Source: Bacillota bacterium
GTDB taxonomy: Bacteria; Bacillota; Clostridia; Oscillospirales; Oscillospiraceae
Reading direction: 5' to 3'
Assembly: GCA_029100605.1 (NCBI GenBank)
Contig: JAQXPK010000093.1
Coordinates: 1,851 to 65,850 of the forward strand
Length of the DNA: 64,000 nt
Shown one piece after another: positions 39,648 to 48,351 of the stretch. Position 1 is the first letter of the stretch. Every line of letters starts with the position of its first letter. The notes beneath the pieces are model-generated. The model did no database searches. It had not been told where the DNA came from and was given only the letters and a program-made list of their open reading frames with translations. Position numbers and translations under genes: made by a program.

Positions 39648-40750
39648 GTTTTTCTCCCCTTCACGCCGCGGATCGCCTCCGCCAGAGCCTCCAGGTCTCC
39701 CTTTGGCACCAGGACATCGGATTGTCCCAGGGTTTCCCGGCTGCCGCCGGTGTCATAACACACCACAGGCGTGCCACACTCTCGCGCCTCCAGATTCACC
39801 GTGGGATAGTTCTCCTCGTAGGTCGGATTCACAAAAACATCGGCTGCGGTGTAGATTTCCGCCAGCTGCTCTGCGCTGCCGGTTCTGGGCAGACCCAGCA
39901 TGGGCTTCGGCAGTTCCTGAATCTGCCTGGGGGTAAGCCCTACAAGGACGATTTTGTATGTTTCATCCAGCCGGGAGGACAGGGTCACAAAGTCCTTCAG
40001 TCCCTTCCGCCCATCCCAGACGCTGGCAACGCCGAGGACGATCTGTTTGTCCTCCAGTCCGTACCGCTGTCGGAAATCACTGGGCGTCGGCCGAAAAATC
40101 TCCTGATTGACGGTATTGTATACCACCTCCACCGGGTAGTCCCTCAAATAGCTTTGTTTCACCAGTTCCGCAAGCCACCGGGAAGGGGTAATCAGCGTCA
40201 GATTCGGAACGCCGGTAAACAGCGCCCGCTTGGTTTCGTAGTTTTCCCGGCTCCTGTCCAGCAGCAAGCTCGCCGGATAGGCGCGCTTCTGGGGGCAGTG
40301 ATGGCAGCCGGTTTTCCACTGTTCGCAGCCCACATAGTCAAAGTAGGCGCAGTGACCTGTAAAGCTCCAGCAGTCGTGGAGCGTCCAGCGGATCTCCTTG
40401 CCGCAGGTTTTCAGATAGGCAAACAGCAGCCCGATGTGGATGTAGTAGCCGTGGATATTGTGCAGCCAGATCACGTCGGGATCGTACTGCCGAACCCAGT
40501 CCAGAAAGCGCCGGGTAGCGGCTTTCGTGCCGAAACCCTGGTTGTCCAGGAGGCGGTTTTCCAGAACGTTGATCCGGCAATCCCAGTCGGTGCCGATGCG
40601 CACCGTGGGAACGCCGTCGCACCTGGCTTCCTTCCGACCGTAGGCGAGCACGCATTCGTGTCCCTCACGCATCAGCTCCCGGCATTTTTCCGCCGCCAGC
40701 CGCCCCGTACTGCCAAAACCGGCTACTGAGTTGATAAACAGGTACTTCAT
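39644..40750 (-). CDS. Glycosyltransferase family 4 (WcaC-like)
   Basis: GSTGR, LHNIHGYY, WTLHDCWSFTGHCA, ENYPTVNLEA; start MKYLF at 40750. Confidence 0.88.
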   Translation of the reverse strand: MKYLFINSVAGFGSTGRLAAEKCRELMREGHECVLAYGRKEARCDGVPTVRIGTDWDCRINVLENRLLDNQGFGTKAATRRFLDWVRQYDPDVIWLHNIHGYYIHIGLLFAYLKTCGKEIRWTLHDCWSFTGHCAYFDYVGCEQWKTGCHHCPQKRAYPASLLLDRSRENYETKRALFTGVPNLTLITPSRWLAELVKQSYLRDYPVEVVYNTVNQEIFRPTPSDFRQRYGLEDKQIVLGVASVWDGRKGLKDFVTLSSRLDETYKIVLVGLTPRQIQELPKPMLGLPRTGSAEQLAEIYTAADVFVNPTYEENYPTVNLEARECGTPVVCYDTGGSRETLGQSDVLVPKGDLEALAEAIRGVKGRKT

Positions 40751-40768
40751 GCCCTCGCCCCCTTGATA

Positions 40769-40848
40769 AATGCAGAATGCTGAATGGTGATTCCCCGAAC
40801 CGTACCGCAGCCTCATCCTGTGGAAAGCAGCATTTTGCATTCCGCATT
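40769..40848. repeat. Heptamer-arm inverted repeat: (AATGSWG)x3 ... (NNGCATT)x3
   Basis: AATGCAG AATGCTG AATGGTG at 40769-40789; CAGCATT TTGCATT CCGCATT at 40828-40848. Confidence 0.78.
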
Positions 40849-40851
40849 TCA

Positions 40852-42036
40852 TCAGTACTTCCGCCAGACCATTTTGTCCACCACGCCGGTGTAGGACTGG
40901 ATGATCTTGACCACCTTGGTGGACACGTTTTCCTCCACATAGTCCGGGACAGGAATGCCATAGGCTCCGTCCTGATTCATCCGAACAGCGGTATCCACCG
41001 CTTGCAGCAGATTCTTTTCGTCGATGCCCGCGAGAATAAAGCAGCCCTTGTCCAGCGCCTCGGGGCGCTCGGTGGAGGTGCGGATGCACACCGCCGGAAA
41101 GGGATGTCCCACCGAGGTAAAGAAGCTGGCCTCCTCCGGCAGGGTTCCCGAATCGGACACCACGGCAAAGGCATTCATCTGTAGGCAGTTATAGTCGTGA
41201 AAGCCCAGAGGCTCATGCTGGATCACCCTTCTGTCCAGGGCAAAACCCGTGGCTTCCAGCCGCTTTTTGGAGCGGGGGTGGCAGGAGTACAAAATGGGCA
41301 TATCATATTTTTCCGCCATGGCGTTGACGGCGGTAAACAGGGAACGGAAATTCTTCTCCGTGTCGATGTTCTCCTCCCGGTGGGCGGAGAGCAGGATGTA
41401 CTTTCCCTTTTCCAGTCCCAGGCGTTCATGGACGTCCGACGCCAGGATGGCGTCCAGGTTGGCGTGGAGCACCTCCGCCATAGGCGAACCGGTGACGTAG
41501 ACCCGCTCCTTGGGCAGGCCGCACTCGTGGAGATACTTCCGGGCGTGCTCGGAGTAGGCCAGATTCACGTCGGAAATAATGTCCACAATCCGCCGGTTGG
41601 TCTCCTCCGGAAGGCACTCGTCCTTGCAGCGGTTGCCCGCCTCCATATGGAAAATGGGAATGTGCAGCCGTTTGGCGGCAATGGCGGACAGGCAGGAGTT
41701 GGTATCCCCCAAAATCAGCAGGGCGTCGGGCTTCACGGCAGCCATGAGCTTATAGGCGCAGTTGATGATATTGCCCACGGTGGCGCCCAGGTCGTCTCCC
41801 ACCGCGTTCAGATACACGTCCGGGTCATCCAGTCCCAGATCCCGGAAAAAGATGCCGTTGAGGGTATAGTCATAATTCTGCCCCGTGTGGGCAAGCAGGC
41901 AGTCAAAATACTTCCGGCACTTCTGAATCACCGCCGCCAGCCGGATGATCTCCGGGCGGGTGCCCACGATGATCAGCAGCTTCAGCCGTCCATCGTTCCG
42001 AAAGGATATATCCGAATAGTCCAGCTTCATTTCCAT
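40852..42036 (-). CDS. fnlC: UDP-2-acetamido-2,6-dideoxy-L-talose 2-epimerase (FnlC/WbjD/Cap5G-like)
   Basis: GTRPEIIRL, HTGQNYD, GDTNS, HMEAGNR, PEETNR, SDSG; follows fnlA-fnlB. Confidence 0.88.
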   Translation of the reverse strand: MEMKLDYSDISFRNDGRLKLLIIVGTRPEIIRLAAVIQKCRKYFDCLLAHTGQNYDYTLNGIFFRDLGLDDPDVYLNAVGDDLGATVGNIINCAYKLMAAVKPDALLILGDTNSCLSAIAAKRLHIPIFHMEAGNRCKDECLPEETNRRIVDIISDVNLAYSEHARKYLHECGLPKERVYVTGSPMAEVLHANLDAILASDVHERLGLEKGKYILLSAHREENIDTEKNFRSLFTAVNAMAEKYDMPILYSCHPRSKKRLEATGFALDRRVIQHEPLGFHDYNCLQMNAFAVVSDSGTLPEEASFFTSVGHPFPAVCIRTSTERPEALDKGCFILAGIDEKNLLQAVDTAVRMNQDGAYGIPVPDYVEENVSTKVVKIIQSYTGVVDKMVWRKY

Positions 42037-42037
42037 A

Positions 42038-43237
42038 TCATACCACCTCAAAGAAGGTATCGGGTTTTGCCGGGTCGAAGCACTCGTTGGCCCACATGAG
42101 GGTCACCAGGTTCTCCGTTTCGCTCAGGTTGATAATATTGTGGGTATACCCGGGAAGCATATGCACCGCCTGGATTTTCTCCCCGGAAACTTCAAAATTC
42201 AGCACTTCCTCCGTGCCCACCTTCCGCTGCTGAATCAGGCCGTGACCGGATACCACGATGAAGAATTCCCACTTGCTGTTGTGCCAGTGCTGGCCCTTGG
42301 TGACGCCGGGCTTGCTGATGTTCACGCTGAACTGTCCGCACTTTTCGGTTTTCAGCAGCTCCGTGAAGCTGCCCCGGGCGTCGGCGTTCATTTTCAGAGG
42401 GAAGGCCGCTTTCTCCTTCGGCAGATAGGACAGGTAGGTGGAATACATCTTTTTGGCAAAGCTGCCTGCGGGTATTTCCGGCATGAGCAGGGTCTCCGGT
42501 TGTGCCTTGAAGCAGTCCAGCAGCCCAACAATCTGCCCCAGGGTTGCCCGGTGGGTGACGGGCGCGGCGCAGTAGCGCCCGGATTCCGTGAGCACCGTGT
42601 CCACACCGTCAAATTCGCACCGGTGCTCCTTTCCCTCCAGTGCGGCGAGCATCTCCTCCACCAGATCGTCGATATAGAGAAGCTCCAGCTCCACCTTGGG
42701 ATCACTGACGGTGATGGGCAGGTCATGGGCGTAATTATAGCAGAAGGTGGCTACCGCGGAATTGTAGTTGGGGCGGCACCACTTTCCAAACAGGTTTGGG
42801 AAGCGGTACACCAGCACCTTCGCCCCGGTTTCCCGGGCATAGGCGAAAAACAGCTCCTCCCCCGCCTTCTTGCTCTTTCCGTACTCGCTGCCGGCAAAAC
42901 GCCCCATGAGCGTCGCCTGGATAGAGGAGGACAGCATCACCGGGCAGGGATTACGGTGCTTTTTCAGCGTGTCCAGCAGGGTGGAGGCAAAGCCAAAGTT
43001 TCCCTGCATGAACTCCTCCTGATTCTTAGGCCGGTTGACCCCAGCCAGGTTAAACACGAAGTCCGCCTTTTCACAGGCCGTTTCCAGCAGCTTCGGATCG
43101 GAATCCCGGTCGTAAAGGTAAAGCTCCCCGATGGAAAGTCCCGGGTGGGTTCTGTCCCGACCGTCTTTCACGCATTGCAGCGCCGCCGCCAGGTTTTTCC
43201 CAACGAAGCCCGCCGCGCCGGTAATCAGAATGTTCAT
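42038..43237 (-). CDS. fnlB: UDP-4-keto-6-deoxy-HexNAc reductase with C-terminal cupin (FnlB/WbjC/CapF-like)
   Basis: ITGAAGFVG, LAGVNRP, YGKSK, NLFGKWCRPNYNS, GQHWH..KWEFF. Confidence 0.9.
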   Translation of the reverse strand: MNILITGAAGFVGKNLAAALQCVKDGRDRTHPGLSIGELYLYDRDSDPKLLETACEKADFVFNLAGVNRPKNQEEFMQGNFGFASTLLDTLKKHRNPCPVMLSSSIQATLMGRFAGSEYGKSKKAGEELFFAYARETGAKVLVYRFPNLFGKWCRPNYNSAVATFCYNYAHDLPITVSDPKVELELLYIDDLVEEMLAALEGKEHRCEFDGVDTVLTESGRYCAAPVTHRATLGQIVGLLDCFKAQPETLLMPEIPAGSFAKKMYSTYLSYLPKEKAAFPLKMNADARGSFTELLKTEKCGQFSVNISKPGVTKGQHWHNSKWEFFIVVSGHGLIQQRKVGTEEVLNFEVSGEKIQAVHMLPGYTHNIINLSETENLVTLMWANECFDPAKPDTFFEVV

Positions 43238-43253
43238 CCCCGCTCCCCTTCCC

Positions 43254-44303
43254 TTATTTGCTTCGAAGCGCTGCCAGCTCCTCGCGGATATAGGCGAGGG
43301 ACAGCAGCTTTTCCTGCACCTGCTCCACGTTCAGCAGCTGGGTATTGTTGCTGTTGAACTCCGAAAGCATGTTGCGGGTGGTGTCGCCGTCCTTGAAATA
43401 CTTGTCATAGTTTAAGTCCCGCTTGTCACAGGGCACCCGGTAGAAATTGCCCAGATCAATGGCATGGGCGCACTCTTCGTTGGTCAGCAGGGTCTCATAC
43501 ATCTTTTCCCCGTGGCGGATGCCGATGACCTTGATCTCATGGCCGGGGGCAAACAGGCCGGTGACGGCCTTCGCCAGGGTCTCAATGGTGCAGGCGGGAG
43601 CCTTCTGCACCAGGATGTCACCGCTGACACCGTTTTGGAAGGCAAACAGCACCAGATCCACCGCCTCGTCCAGGCTCATGATGAACCGGGTCATAGCCGG
43701 CTCCGTAATGGTGATGGGGTTGCCCGCTTTGATCTGGTCGATCCACAGGGGGATGACGCTGCCCCGGGAGCACATGACGTTGCCGTAGCGGGTGCAGCAG
43801 ATTTTGGTCTTTTCCGGGGAAACGGTGCGGGATTTTGCCACGATGACCTTCTCCATCATGGCCTTGGAGGTGCCCATGGCGTTGACAGGATAGGCCGCCT
43901 TGTCCGTGGACAGGCAGATCACCGCCCTGACTCCGGCGTCGATGGCAGCGGTGAGTACGTTGTCCGTGCCAAAGACGTTGGTTTTCACCGCTTCCATGGG
44001 GAAGAATTCGCAGGAGGGAACCTGCTTCAGCGCGGCGGCGTGGAAGATATAGTCCACGCCGTGCATGGCGTTTTTCACAGAGGCCAAGTCCCGGACATCG
44101 CCGATGAAGAACTTAATTTTTCCCGCCGCTTCCGGCATTTTCGCCTGGAATTCGTGGCGCATATCGTCCTGCTTTTTTTCGTCCCGGGAGAAAATGCGAA
44201 TCTCCCGGATGTCCGTATCCAGGAAGCGGTTCAGCACCGCGTTTCCAAAGGAGCCGGTGCCTCCCGTGATCATCAGGGTCTTTCCGGTAAAAATATCGTT
44301 CAT
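43254..44303 (-). CDS. fnlA: UDP-GlcNAc 4,6-dehydratase/5-epimerase (FnlA/WbjB/CapE-like)
   Basis: TGGTGSFG, SRDEKKQDDMR, HAAALKQVPSCEFFP, STDKAAYP, GIRHGEK. Confidence 0.92.
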   Translation of the reverse strand: MNDIFTGKTLMITGGTGSFGNAVLNRFLDTDIREIRIFSRDEKKQDDMRHEFQAKMPEAAGKIKFFIGDVRDLASVKNAMHGVDYIFHAAALKQVPSCEFFPMEAVKTNVFGTDNVLTAAIDAGVRAVICLSTDKAAYPVNAMGTSKAMMEKVIVAKSRTVSPEKTKICCTRYGNVMCSRGSVIPLWIDQIKAGNPITITEPAMTRFIMSLDEAVDLVLFAFQNGVSGDILVQKAPACTIETLAKAVTGLFAPGHEIKVIGIRHGEKMYETLLTNEECAHAIDLGNFYRVPCDKRDLNYDKYFKDGDTTRNMLSEFNSNNTQLLNVEQVQEKLLSLAYIREELAALRSK

Positions 44304-44333
44304 GCTTCCATCCCTCGCTTATATGTTTGCCGC

Positions 44334-45539
44334 TTACATCCCTGCCGCGCCCTGGCGGGCGTTTTCTTGGAGCACAGATGCCAGATCGGTGATAAACTTC
44401 TCTTTTTCAAAATGCGCCCGGTAGTACCGCCGGGCATTGTCGCCGTATTGCCGGCGCAGTTCCGGCTGAGCCGCCACCTGACGAATGGCCTGAGCCAAGG
44501 CTTGGGGATCCTCCGCCGGGGCGCAGATGCCGCACTGCCCATCCGCCACGACCCGGGCGGTCTCACCGTCAATGGAGCCGACGATGGGTCTGCCTGCGGC
44601 CAGGTAGGACTGCACCTTCCCAGGCAGACTCGCGGACAGCACCGGGTCTTTCACCAGAGAAACCAGAAAAACATCCGCCACGGCGTAGTAGTCCGGCATC
44701 CGCTCCAGCGGCTGCCGCCCGTAAAAGGTGATATTGGGCAGCCCCTCCGCCAACGTCCGGCATTTCTCCAGGGAAACGCCGCCGCCCACAATGTGAATGC
44801 GGATGTCCGGCTCGTTCTTCAGCAGCCGGGCGGCCTCCACGATGGTCTCCACCGATTGTCCGCTGCCCACATTCCCCGCAAAGAGGAAATCCACCGTCTG
44901 TTTTCCCGCCGGCGGCTGGGGCAGTTCTCCGAACAGATCCTCGGCGTACTGGGGAAGGTAGCGGATTCTCCCCTCGTCAATTTGGAATTTCTCCCGGAGA
45001 TAATCCGCAAAGCCCCGGGACGACACCAGAATCTCGTCCGCCCCCCGGTAGATGCGGCGGGAGATCCGCGAAAACAGCTTATAGATCGGGGAATCGGTAC
45101 CAATGCCTCCGGCGAGCAGGCTCTCCGGCCACAGATCCAGGCAGTACAAAACGCAGCGCCTGTTCTTTCGTTTCGCCCATGCCAGCGCCCCCTCCGCCAT
45201 CATAACCGGAGAGAGCTGGTTGACAAACACCACGTCAAAGTCCTCCTTCATCCGCCGCAGATAGCGGCGGGAGGACCAGACGAAGCTGTAATAATTCAAA
45301 AAGCGGAACACCGTGCCGGATTTTCTCGGGATCAGGGGGCAGCGGTGAACCCGGACGCCGCCGATTACCTCATCGGCCCTGGCGCCGTTTTCATAGCCGG
45401 GGTAAATCTTCCCTTCGGGGTAGTTGGGCGTGCCCGTGACCACCGTAACCGAATGTCCCCGGGCAGACAGCGCCTCGCAGATGTCCGGAAGGCGGAAGGG
45501 TTCGGGGGAATAATACTGACAGACCACCAGGATTTTCAT
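44334..45539 (-). CDS. GT4 L-FucNAc transferase (WbuB/WciJ-like)
   Basis: QYYSPE, TGTPNYPEG, DLWPESL, FAGNVG..Q, PGKVQSYLAAG; adjacent to fnlABC; start 45539. Confidence 0.85.
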   Translation of the reverse strand: MKILVVCQYYSPEPFRLPDICEALSARGHSVTVVTGTPNYPEGKIYPGYENGARADEVIGGVRVHRCPLIPRKSGTVFRFLNYYSFVWSSRRYLRRMKEDFDVVFVNQLSPVMMAEGALAWAKRKNRRCVLYCLDLWPESLLAGGIGTDSPIYKLFSRISRRIYRGADEILVSSRGFADYLREKFQIDEGRIRYLPQYAEDLFGELPQPPAGKQTVDFLFAGNVGSGQSVETIVEAARLLKNEPDIRIHIVGGGVSLEKCRTLAEGLPNITFYGRQPLERMPDYYAVADVFLVSLVKDPVLSASLPGKVQSYLAAGRPIVGSIDGETARVVADGQCGICAPAEDPQALAQAIRQVAAQPELRRQYGDNARRYYRAHFEKEKFITDLASVLQENARQGAAGM

Positions 45540-46159
45540 TCCTTCGCCTCCCGCTTCTGCTCTTCCAGTTGTCCGGTGCCGCCCTCCACCACCCCGTCGT
45601 GCTTCACGACGGACACAATGGTGCCAAAGAAGCATCTGCAGTCAAACCGGAAGCTGAGTTTTTCCACATATTCCCCGTCGTATCTGGCCTTGATGTCGAT
45701 GGGCAGCTTGTCCCGGCCGTTGATCTGCGCCCAGCCGGTGAGGCCGGGGCGGATGTCGTTGGCGCCGTACTGGTCCCGCTCCGCAATCAGGTCAAACTGG
45801 TTCCACAGGGCGGGCCGGGGGCCGATAATGGACATTTTCCCCGTAAAAATCTGAAAAAGCTGGGGAAGCTCGTCCAGGGAGGATTTCCGCAGAAACTTCC
45901 CCACCCTTGTAATATACTGTTCCGGATGCTCCAGAAGGTGGGTGGGCATATCCTTGGGGGTATCCATTTTCATGGTGCGGAATTTCAGAATCCAAAAACG
46001 CGTCTTGTGGATGCCCACCCGTTTCTGCCGGAACAGCACCGGGCCCGGGTCGTCAATTTTGATGGCGACGGCAATCGCCAGCAGCACCGGCGACAAGACC
46101 ACAATGGCGCAGCCGGACAACAGGATGTCCAGCAGCCGTTTGATAACCCTTCGGTACAT
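45536..46159 (-). CDS. Initiating undecaprenyl-phosphate sugar-1-phosphate transferase (small monotopic PGT, WciI-like)
   Basis: KRLLD, KFRTM, SLDELPQ, GPRP, PGLTGWAQINGR; start MYRRV at 46159. Confidence 0.92.
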   Translation of the reverse strand: MYRRVIKRLLDILLSGCAIVVLSPVLLAIAVAIKIDDPGPVLFRQKRVGIHKTRFWILKFRTMKMDTPKDMPTHLLEHPEQYITRVGKFLRKSSLDELPQLFQIFTGKMSIIGPRPALWNQFDLIAERDQYGANDIRPGLTGWAQINGRDKLPIDIKARYDGEYVEKLSFRFDCRCFFGTIVSVVKHDGVVEGGTGQLEEQKREAKE

Positions 46160-46179
46160 TCCGCTTCCCTCGTTCTTCC

Positions 46180-48066
46180 CTAGAGTTTGACCTCGCATTT
46201 GTAAGTAGGTACAATTTCCGCCACAATATCCTTGATGTCTTTGCTCTCCTCCCGGCTGGCCTTGTCCAAAAGGTCAAGCTGCTGCTTGAACTTTTCGTCG
46301 TCCATTTCGATGGGCTTACCGATGTGGATGCGCTTGTTGGCGGTTTCCTGAAGTCCCTCTTCCTTCATCAGCAGCTCCTCGTAGAGCTTCTCGCCGGGGC
46401 GGAGGCCTGTATACTCGATTTTGATGTCCACGTCCGGCTCGTAGCCGGACAGGCGGATCATGTTCCGGGCCATGGTGTCGATTTTCACCGGCTCGCCCAT
46501 GTCCAGGATGAAGATCTCGCCGCCCTTGGCGAAATACCCCGCCTGCAGCACCAGGCTCACCGCCTCCGGGATGGTCATAAAATAGCGGATGATGTCCGGA
46601 TGGGTGACGGTCACGGGGCCGCCGGCCTCGATCTGCTTTTTGAACAGGGGGATAACGCTGCCGTTGCTACCCAGGACGTTACCGAAGCGCACTGCCACGA
46701 ACTCCGTCTTGGATTCCCGGTTCATCATCTGCACCACCATCTCGCACAGGCGCTTGGAGGCGCCCATGATGTTGGTGGGGTTGACGGCCTTGTCGGTGGA
46801 GATCAGCACGAACCGCTTCACGCCGTAGGCCGCGGCGGCCTTCGCCAGCTTGTATGTGCCGATGACATTGTTCTTGATGGCCTCGTTGGGGCTGTCCTCC
46901 ATGAGGGGCACGTGTTTATGGGCGGCGGCATGGAACACCAGCTCCGGGCGGTAGGTCTCCATCACAGAATTGACCCGGGCGGTATTGCGCACAGAGCCGA
47001 TAAGCACCACCAGATCCAGCTCCGGATGGGTGCGGCGCAGCTCCATTTGAATATCATAAGCGTTATTCTCGTAAATATCCAGAATCACCAGCTGTTTGGG
47101 GGTAGCCCTGGCGATCTGGCGGCACAGTTCGCTGCCGATGCTGCCGCCGCCTCCGGTGACCAGCACCACCTTGCCGGAAATGTAGCCCACGATCTCGTCC
47201 AGATTGGTTTCGATGGGATCCCTGCCCAACAGGTCCTGGGGATCCACATTGCGCAGCTTGCTGACGCTGACATCTCCGTTGACCATCTGGAAGATGCCGG
47301 GAAGCGTCTGCACCTCACAGCCGGTGGTGGCGCAGATGTCCAGAATCTCCTTCCGGGTCTTCGCTGAGCAGCTGGGGATGGCGAAGATGATCTTGCCGAT
47401 CCGGTATCGCTTCACCGCCTCCGGGATCTCCCGCCGCCCGCCCACGATGGGCACGCCGCAAAGCTGCTTGTTCCATTTTGCCGAGTTGTCGTCAATGACA
47501 CAGGACAGATGATCCCGGACATGGTCACTGTTGGTAAACTCGATTGCCAGCGCCCGTCCGGCGTCCCCCGCGCCGATAATCATGACGTTCTTCACGCCGT
47601 TGGCGTGGGTAATATGGCTGATCTGCCGCTGTGCCGTCCGCACCAGCCGATAGGAAAAACGGATGGCTACCGTGCTGGCATAGCTGAACAGGAAACCAAC
47701 CAGCATACTGGATCGGGGCATCAGGCTGCCGTCAAAGTGGAACAGCAGAACGCCGATGACTCCCAGTACCACGTACGCCCCGGTAATACGGAACACCTCC
47801 GCGGTGCCGACATAGGCCCAGATAGAGTTGTAGAGCTTAAAGAGGCAGAATACTAAGATGGTGATCGCGCACCAGATGCCGATGGAGGACAAGTAACCCT
47901 GCAGATGGATGGGACTGATGTTCCGAAAGGTAAAATCATACCGAAACCACAATCCCAGAAAGAAGGACACCGCCGTGGCGATGACATCCATCAGCATAAT
48001 CAGCGCGACCCTTGAGATCACGTTCCAATTCCATTTTTTTGGTTTCCTTGAAACCATTGCGTTCAC
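46180..48066 (-). CDS. capD: Membrane-anchored UDP-HexNAc 4,6-dehydratase (CapD/PglF/WbpM-like)
   Basis: Four N-terminal TM segments, GAGDAG, TGGGGSIGSE, HAAAHKHVP, STDKAVNP, GLRPGEKLYEEL. Confidence 0.9.
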   Translation of the reverse strand: MNAMVSRKPKKWNWNVISRVALIMLMDVIATAVSFFLGLWFRYDFTFRNISPIHLQGYLSSIGIWCAITILVFCLFKLYNSIWAYVGTAEVFRITGAYVVLGVIGVLLFHFDGSLMPRSSMLVGFLFSYASTVAIRFSYRLVRTAQRQISHITHANGVKNVMIIGAGDAGRALAIEFTNSDHVRDHLSCVIDDNSAKWNKQLCGVPIVGGRREIPEAVKRYRIGKIIFAIPSCSAKTRKEILDICATTGCEVQTLPGIFQMVNGDVSVSKLRNVDPQDLLGRDPIETNLDEIVGYISGKVVLVTGGGGSIGSELCRQIARATPKQLVILDIYENNAYDIQMELRRTHPELDLVVLIGSVRNTARVNSVMETYRPELVFHAAAHKHVPLMEDSPNEAIKNNVIGTYKLAKAAAAYGVKRFVLISTDKAVNPTNIMGASKRLCEMVVQMMNRESKTEFVAVRFGNVLGSNGSVIPLFKKQIEAGGPVTVTHPDIIRYFMTIPEAVSLVLQAGYFAKGGEIFILDMGEPVKIDTMARNMIRLSGYEPDVDIKIEYTGLRPGEKLYEELLMKEEGLQETANKRIHIGKPIEMDDEKFKQQLDLLDKASREESKDIKDIVAEIVPTYKCEVKL

Positions 48067-48116
48067 ATCCTAACAAGATCTGGGGCAAACGTCTGCCCTT
48101 TTGCATAGTTCAACTC

Positions 48117-48145
48117 ATTATAACACAATCTGTCGAATACAGCAA
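48117..48145 (-). promoter_or_regulatory. Sigma-A promoter of the Wzx/Wzy operon
   Basis: TTGCTG-17 nt-TATAAT with TG extension on minus strand. Confidence 0.75.
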
Positions 48146-48181
48146 GGAAAAGTTTTTCCACTTTTTCCGCCGGAAGTGCAG

Positions 48182-48210
48182 AAAATAAGCGCCCGCTGCC
48201 GCGGGCGCTT
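48182..48210 (-). terminator. Terminator downstream of the kinase gene
   Basis: Minus strand AAGCGCCCGC-ggca-GCGGGCGCTT-ATTTT. Confidence 0.7.
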
Positions 48211-48351
48211 CCGATATGGTTGGAGCAAGGGTGCTGAATGCGAAAAGGTGGTATTTCCCTCGGATGCCATTTGAAATTGTCCGCGAAACAGACAATTCCC
48301 TTCAGCATAGCGTTTTTTTCGACAGCCGGTCACTCCTCTGCACTGAGGCAA

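Noticed and set aside
48117-48210. Invertible promoter for the glycan locus
   Set aside because: No inverted repeats bracket the promoter and no invertase is nearby; only a short GGAAAA/TTTTCC dyad next to the -35
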